From Candidatus Poribacteria bacterium (GTDB lineage: Bacteria; Poribacteria; WGA-4E; WGA-3G), in assembly GCA_963667805.1 (NCBI GenBank), contig OY764016.1, positions 4,952,081 to 5,016,080 of the forward strand: a DNA stretch of 64,000 nt, read 5' to 3'. Of this stretch, positions 58,693 to 64,000 are shown one piece after another. Each line of letters begins with the position of its first letter. Position 1 is the stretch's first letter. The translations under genes and the position numbers were made by a program. The notes under the pieces are model-generated. The model was not told where the DNA came from and searched no databases. It saw only the letters and a program-made list of their open reading frames with translations.

Positions 58693-59772
58693 ATGAAACG
58701 ACAATTAAAAAATGACTTACTTCTGCGCGCATCGAGATGTCTGCCGGTGGAACGTGTCCCAGTGTGGATGATGCGGCAAGCAGGCAGATCAGATCCCGTT
58801 TATCGACAGATTCGACGTGAGCTTAATCTCCCATTGGAACGCCTCTTTCGAACCTGCCCCGCACCGATGTCCCAAACAGAGGTCGAATCGGCAGTCAAAA
58901 TATCGCTGCTGCCCAAACGTATCGGTGTTGATGCCATCATTGTCTACAAAGACATTCTTACCCCCCTCGCCCCCATGGGCGCGCATTTCCGATTCGATCC
59001 AGGACCCATTTTAAACCCACCGATCCGCACACACGCACAAATAGACGCACTTCGACCCGTTGATGAACCCCCTACACAATTGGCGTTCACGGGAAAAGTC
59101 ATTCGCAACCTACGCGAAACCTTGAATGAGGAACTGCCCCTTATCGGTTTCGCCGGGGCACCTTTGACGCTTGCTTTTTTCCTCATTGCAGGAGAAAGTC
59201 CGATCAAACGAGGTTCGGGGGTATCTGAAAAAGCAACCCCGGTCTTCCAAATGATGGAGGAAGCACCTGACCTCTTGCATCGGCTGCTAAATAAGTTGAC
59301 CAATATGACTATTAACTACTTGAACTACCAAATCAGCGAGGGGGTTCAAATAGTGCAACTGTTCGAGTCCATCGCCGATGTCTTACCGCGGCAGATGTAT
59401 AAAGAGTTCGCTTTTCCTTATCATCAGCGAATTTTTGCCGAGCTCAATCCAGAAGTCCCAGGAATCCTGTTCGCAAAAGAGTGTAGTTACATAGATTTAA
59501 TGCATCAGAGTGGGGCAAATGTTCTAAGCATTGGAAAATGTGTAGACCTTAGCAAAGCCAAAGCAAACGCGAACGGTGCCGTCGCCTTTCAAGGAAACGT
59601 CGATAACGACATTCTTCGCGATGGCACACCTGCCGACATCACAGCAGCCGTTGAGACCTGTCTAAGACAGGGTGGAAAAACTGGACATATTTTGAACCTG
59701 AGTCACGGTCTACACAGAGATACGCCATTTGAAAATGTTAAGCATTTCGTACACATCGCAAAAACACTTTAG
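58693..59772 (+). CDS. hemE: Uroporphyrinogen decarboxylase (divergent)
   Basis: PVWMMRQAGR, DAII..DIL, PLIGFAGAP.TL, QGN.D and HILNLSHG. Confidence 0.9.
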   Translation: MKRQLKNDLLLRASRCLPVERVPVWMMRQAGRSDPVYRQIRRELNLPLERLFRTCPAPMSQTEVESAVKISLLPKRIGVDAIIVYKDILTPLAPMGAHFRFDPGPILNPPIRTHAQIDALRPVDEPPTQLAFTGKVIRNLRETLNEELPLIGFAGAPLTLAFFLIAGESPIKRGSGVSEKATPVFQMMEEAPDLLHRLLNKLTNMTINYLNYQISEGVQIVQLFESIADVLPRQMYKEFAFPYHQRIFAELNPEVPGILFAKECSYIDLMHQSGANVLSIGKCVDLSKAKANANGAVAFQGNVDNDILRDGTPADITAAVETCLRQGGKTGHILNLSHGLHRDTPFENVKHFVHIAKTL

Positions 59773-59780
59773 GAAAATTG

Positions 59781-61238
59781 ATGAGAAACATCCTTGAAAA
59801 TCCCTTTGCCCCACGACAATACGGGCAGCTCGTTGAAGTGACAGAGCGAGTATATCTCTTTCGTAATATTGTAAATTCTTCTATTATCATTGGAGATAAA
59901 GGGGTGGCGGTAATTGATACACAAGTCAACCAAATGATGGCACGACGGTTGCGTGATGCAATCCGCACCATTACGGATAAACCGATACTGTATGCAATTA
60001 ACACACATTACCACTGGGATCATACCAATGGAAATACTGTTTTCCATGACGCTGGAGCGACGGTTGTCGCTCGCGAGATGACCAAAGATTTCATGGTGAA
60101 CAGGTCCCCGCGGCAGGAAGCATTTCTGCGTTCCCGCGGCTTCACACTCGGCGATCCGCCTTTTCTACCACAACAGACCTTCACACATGAAACCGAACTC
60201 GATTTGGGGAATCAACCGCTACACCTCGTTTACTTGGGAAAGGCAGAAACGGACGATGCCACTGCTATCAGAATTCCAGCGGAAGATTGTATTGTTTCTG
60301 GTGATACCGTTATGACAGGGAGTTTCCCCATCTTTGGACAGCCCGTTATGAATGAAGGACTCATGGCGAACCACGATTGGATCAATACAATTACGGAGCT
60401 CCGGGCATACGGGCCTAAATCTGTCCTACCGGGACACGGACCCTTAGCGCGGGACACCGAAATCGACCGCTTGCTTGAGATTGAGTCCTATTTCCTAACA
60501 GAAGTCCGAAAACGTGTTGAACGGGGCATGTCCTTGAATACGCTGCTCGCTGAAATGGAAGCCAACTTACCTGACTGGATTCGCGCTATTGCTGAAGTAT
60601 GGGGAACACCCCGTTATGCAATTTTGAGGGTATATCGCGGGTTAATCGACGATCCAGAACCGGGGTGGCAACATCTGAAACCTTCGGCTATTCCGGCAGC
60701 GGATACCGAAAAACTTCACCAAAAAACACGCGCACTTGAAGACTTTCAGGCTTACCGAGAAACCGCCGAAGAGGTCGCGGAAGGTAATGACTTTGGTTTA
60801 GCAATTGCTATCTTAAAAACCGCAACCCAACAATATCCCAATCTACCCGACGCTTGGACGGAATACGCAAATTTGCTCACACAAGCATCACGCACCGTGT
60901 CAAGTGTCCTTGAAAAGGGGGACTTTTTCGCTGAAGCTAAAAAAGCACTCAATATTGCACTTGAATTGGACCCTGATCACGCGCCAGCACATCTTTTGCG
61001 TGGGTACAACCACATCCTTTCTGCCTATCGCAACGGCGACGAAACAGAGACAGGACTGGAGTCCATCTATAAATCGCTCGTCATTGGGATTGAAGGAACA
61101 CAACTCGCGCAAGCCTACTTCTGTATTGGACTCGCACATCGGACCAATGGAGACGAGGCACTCGCCCGTGAAGCTTTCGCGAAGGCGATCGCCGCTGACG
61201 CAAGGTATATGCCGGCACAGTTAGCGAATATGGCATAG
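59781..61238 (+). CDS. Metallo-beta-lactamase-fold hydrolase with C-terminal TPR-like region
   Basis: INTHYHWDHTNGN, SGD and LPGHG; helical repeats (ALELDPDHAPAH, AQAYFCIGLAH). Confidence 0.85.
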   Translation: MRNILENPFAPRQYGQLVEVTERVYLFRNIVNSSIIIGDKGVAVIDTQVNQMMARRLRDAIRTITDKPILYAINTHYHWDHTNGNTVFHDAGATVVAREMTKDFMVNRSPRQEAFLRSRGFTLGDPPFLPQQTFTHETELDLGNQPLHLVYLGKAETDDATAIRIPAEDCIVSGDTVMTGSFPIFGQPVMNEGLMANHDWINTITELRAYGPKSVLPGHGPLARDTEIDRLLEIESYFLTEVRKRVERGMSLNTLLAEMEANLPDWIRAIAEVWGTPRYAILRVYRGLIDDPEPGWQHLKPSAIPAADTEKLHQKTRALEDFQAYRETAEEVAEGNDFGLAIAILKTATQQYPNLPDAWTEYANLLTQASRTVSSVLEKGDFFAEAKKALNIALELDPDHAPAHLLRGYNHILSAYRNGDETETGLESIYKSLVIGIEGTQLAQAYFCIGLAHRTNGDEALAREAFAKAIAADARYMPAQLANMA

Positions 61239-61250
61239 GAGGAAATAAAA

Positions 61251-62201
61251 ATGAAATACGATAGCGTCTTACTCGTGGCATTCGGCGGACCAACGCCGGG
61301 TTGCTGTCAAAAATACAATAAAGATATGTGTCCGGGCGAAGCCTACTGTTTTGTCGAAGGGATTGCTGGGGAGGCTGAATCTCAAAAGGAACGTGTAAAA
61401 GACATCTCAGCCCACTACGTAAAATTGGGCGGATTTTCGCCATTCAACGAATTAACTTTTAAACAAGCCTGCGCACTACAAACCGCACTGCAAGCCCGCG
61501 ATCTACCGTTGCCTGTTTACGCTGGATTCAGACATTGGGACCCCTATTTAAAAGAGGTCATCGCGGAAATGGCACAAAAAGGACACCGCAAAATACTCGG
61601 AATTATCATGGCGCCCCACCAATCTGCAGTCAGTTGGGAATGGTACCAACAAACCGTAAAAAAAGGAATCGATGCAGTGGATGGTGAGAAACCGACTGTT
61701 GATTATCTCGACCCGTGGTACACACACACAGGTTACGTTGGTGCCATTGCTGAAATCATTGAAACTGCCTGTGGCGACAAGTTGGCACACGCTGAACTTG
61801 TTTTCACGGCACACGCTATCCCCCAGGCAGCGGCGAATACTTCACCCTATACGCAACAATTTGAAAAAACAGGCGAGGCAGTCGCTGAACAAATTGGAAA
61901 AACCCGATTCGGTTTAGCATACCAGAGCGAGGTGGAAAATAGCCCTATTCCGTGGATACAGCCCGATATCAACGATTGGCTTAAAGCCCGGAAGGAAGAG
62001 GGCGTTGATACCGTCGTCGCTTCACCAATCGGTTTCCTCTGCGACCATGTTGAGGTACTCTATGATTTGGACATAGAGGCGGCAGAAACCGCGGAAGTGT
62101 GTGGCATCGATTTCATTCGGGCAGGCACGGTCGGGGACCATCCCAAGTTTATCGGGATGTTAGCGGACTTTGTCTGTGAAAGGGCCACGCAAGAAAAATA
62201 A
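61251..62201 (+). CDS. hemH: Ferrochelatase (HemH/CpfC)
   Basis: LLVAFGGP, GGFSP, FTAHAIP, YQS, PW.QPDI and PIGFLCDHVEVLYDLD. Confidence 0.93.
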   Translation: MKYDSVLLVAFGGPTPGCCQKYNKDMCPGEAYCFVEGIAGEAESQKERVKDISAHYVKLGGFSPFNELTFKQACALQTALQARDLPLPVYAGFRHWDPYLKEVIAEMAQKGHRKILGIIMAPHQSAVSWEWYQQTVKKGIDAVDGEKPTVDYLDPWYTHTGYVGAIAEIIETACGDKLAHAELVFTAHAIPQAAANTSPYTQQFEKTGEAVAEQIGKTRFGLAYQSEVENSPIPWIQPDINDWLKARKEEGVDTVVASPIGFLCDHVEVLYDLDIEAAETAEVCGIDFIRAGTVGDHPKFIGMLADFVCERATQEK

Positions 62202-62204
62202 ATG

Positions 62205-62219
62205 AGGACTTACGCACTT
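62205..62219. repeat. Solo copy of MITE terminal repeat
   Basis: AGGACTTACGCACTT identical to 50724-50738. Confidence 0.55.
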
Positions 62220-62236
62220 TGCTTGAATGAAACCTT

Positions 62237-63670
62237 ATGTCGGAAAATTCGGGTAGAAAACATGCCATTGTTATCGGAGGCGGTATCACAGGTTTAGCCG
62301 CCTGCTACCGTTTGCAGCACGAGGCTGCTGCACGCGATATTCCGCTTGACGTTACACTCCTTGAAGCGAGTGGACGTGTCGGTGGTATCATTGAAACTGA
62401 ACACCGCGATGGATTTCTCATGGAACACGGGCCCGATGCCTTTATTTCCACCAAACCCGCGGCAAGGGCATTATGCGAAGAACTTGGTATTGCGGATCAA
62501 TTCATTGGGACCAACCCAAAAGTCCGTCGGAGTTTTATAATCCGGAACGGGACATTGCATCCTGTCCCTGAAGGTTTTTACATGATGGCGCCAGGATCGT
62601 TCATGCCGTTTTTTAAAACGCCTCTCTTCAGTTGGCGCGGCAAATTGCGAATGGTGCTGGACCTCGTTATTCCCCGCAGAGGACGGGACACAGACGAAGC
62701 AGTCGCACACTTCGTCAGGCGTCGCCTCGGCACTGAAGCTTTCACACGAATGGCACAACCTATGATAGGAGGTATTTATACCTCAGATGCCGAAAATTTA
62801 AGCCTAAAGGCAACGTTCCCAAGATTCTTGGAAATGGAAAAGGCGCACGGCAGCATTATCAAGGCACTCCGCGCTCAGAAAAAACAAGCGTCCGAAACCA
62901 GTCGAGACACAAGTGGACCTCGCTACAGCCTTTTTCTTTCGTTTAAGTCTGGAATGCAGACACTGACCGATACACTTACCCAAGTAGTATCCAACAGTAT
63001 CAGATTAAATGCGAAAGTGGAACGTATTCAGCAAGCGAGCGATGGGAACAGGTGGCATGTTTCACTCGCTAACGGAGAAATGCTAAACACCGAACTTCTC
63101 TGCATTGCCCTTCCTGTACCACATACAGCAGCACTCATCGGCGATCTATCAAGTCCGCTTACCTCAAAACTCAACGCAATCCCCTACGCCTCTTCGGCAA
63201 CAGTCAATTTGGCATTCCGCCGTGAGGATATCACACACCCATTGGATGGCATGGGATTTGTTGTGCCTGCTACGGAAAATCTATCTCTCATCGGATGTTC
63301 TTTCAGTAGCGTTAAATTTGAAAACCGCGCACCAACCGATCATGTCCTGCTGCGTGCCTTCGTTGGCGAACCTACCTCCAAGAAAACTGAGACTGAACTC
63401 ATCGAATTGTGTCAGGCAGATTTAACGCCACTTCTCGGACTCAAAAACGCCCCGCGGTTTGCTGTTGTTAGTAAACATTCACAAGCAATGGCACAGTATC
63501 AGGTCGGGCACCAAGAGGTTGTCAGTAGTATAGAGCAGTTCGCGAGCGCACTGCCGGGGTTAGCACTCGCAGGAAATGGTTACCATGGGGTCGGGATCCC
63601 AGACTGTATTCAGAGTGGAGAGGCAGCGGCACTTTTCCTCTTAGATACCCTATTGGACTGTCCACTTTGA
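62237..63670 (+). CDS. hemY: Protoporphyrinogen/coproporphyrinogen oxidase (HemY/CgoX type)
   Basis: IGGGITGLAA, EHGPDAF, GIY, QYQVGH and GVGIPDCI.SG. Confidence 0.93.
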   Translation: MSENSGRKHAIVIGGGITGLAACYRLQHEAAARDIPLDVTLLEASGRVGGIIETEHRDGFLMEHGPDAFISTKPAARALCEELGIADQFIGTNPKVRRSFIIRNGTLHPVPEGFYMMAPGSFMPFFKTPLFSWRGKLRMVLDLVIPRRGRDTDEAVAHFVRRRLGTEAFTRMAQPMIGGIYTSDAENLSLKATFPRFLEMEKAHGSIIKALRAQKKQASETSRDTSGPRYSLFLSFKSGMQTLTDTLTQVVSNSIRLNAKVERIQQASDGNRWHVSLANGEMLNTELLCIALPVPHTAALIGDLSSPLTSKLNAIPYASSATVNLAFRREDITHPLDGMGFVVPATENLSLIGCSFSSVKFENRAPTDHVLLRAFVGEPTSKKTETELIELCQADLTPLLGLKNAPRFAVVSKHSQAMAQYQVGHQEVVSSIEQFASALPGLALAGNGYHGVGIPDCIQSGEAAALFLLDTLLDCPL

Positions 63671-63752
63671 ACTTGAGAGTAGGTTCGTAGTCGTGCGATT
63701 CATCGCACGTCGGTTACCCGATTTTACTTCTTTCCCTTCATTAGGAGGCTAA

Positions 63753-64000
63753 ATGAACTTCACTATAACGAGCCGAGGGATAATCAGAGTCGGTTTTGGG
63801 GTGTTCGGAGGCTTGTTGGTGACATTGATTGCTATCCTCGGCCCGCGTGCTGAGGAAGCTACTGATCGCGTGAAAGAAGCCTATCAGGGATTTCAGGAGG
63901 GAAAGTGTAAAAGTTGTCATCCGGCAATCTGGAGGGAATGGGAAAATTCGATGCACGCCAAAGCATGGGTTGACGAAATCTATCAGGAAATCGCAAATCA
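63753..64000 (+). CDS. Exported c-type cytochrome, probably multiheme c554-like (partial, runs off the window)
   Basis: AGGAGG RBS; hydrophobic N-terminus; CKSCH...EWENSMHAKAW; not in the ORF track because there is no stop in the window. Confidence 0.8.
   Translation, partial: MNFTITSRGIIRVGFGVFGGLLVTLIAILGPRAEEATDRVKEAYQGFQEGKCKSCHPAIWREWENSMHAKAWVDEIYQEIAN

Overview
Bacterial chromosomal window of ~50% GC, mostly housekeeping and metabolic genes. It is probably Candidatus Poribacteria (inferred from the C-terminal AV[DE]PxxKLxTxWGxLK motif and the LamG, malectin, PhyH, CRTAC1 and sulfatase-like content). Main blocks: groES-groEL; an HNH-rnpA-yidD-yidC-jag-mnmE operon lacking rpmH; pdxJ, gdh and glnE; sugar-catabolism genes; tRNA-Leu; ppiD-like and mqnC; rpoZ followed by a tRNA(Thr,Tyr,Gly,Thr)-rpmG-tRNA-Trp-secE-nusG-rplKAJL cluster lacking tuf and rpoBC; and a hemE-MBL/TPR-hemH-hemY-cytochrome c block. 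The strongest candidate for an undescribed system is one ORF fusing an ECF sigma factor to a full FtsZ-type GTPase domain (33196-34881). It has a possible internal start and ends in a decayed copy of the DnaE N-terminus. A second highlight is an exported thioredoxin-TPR selenoprotein (UxxC with a SECIS-like hairpin) that the ORF track misses. Smaller oddities are an L10 with four putative L12-dimer segments, a SecE with C-terminal extra helices, a Cys-rich ferrochelatase insert, a candidate structured RNA after rnpA, and several REP/MITE-like repeat families. All calls come from reading motifs by eye; no database searches were run.
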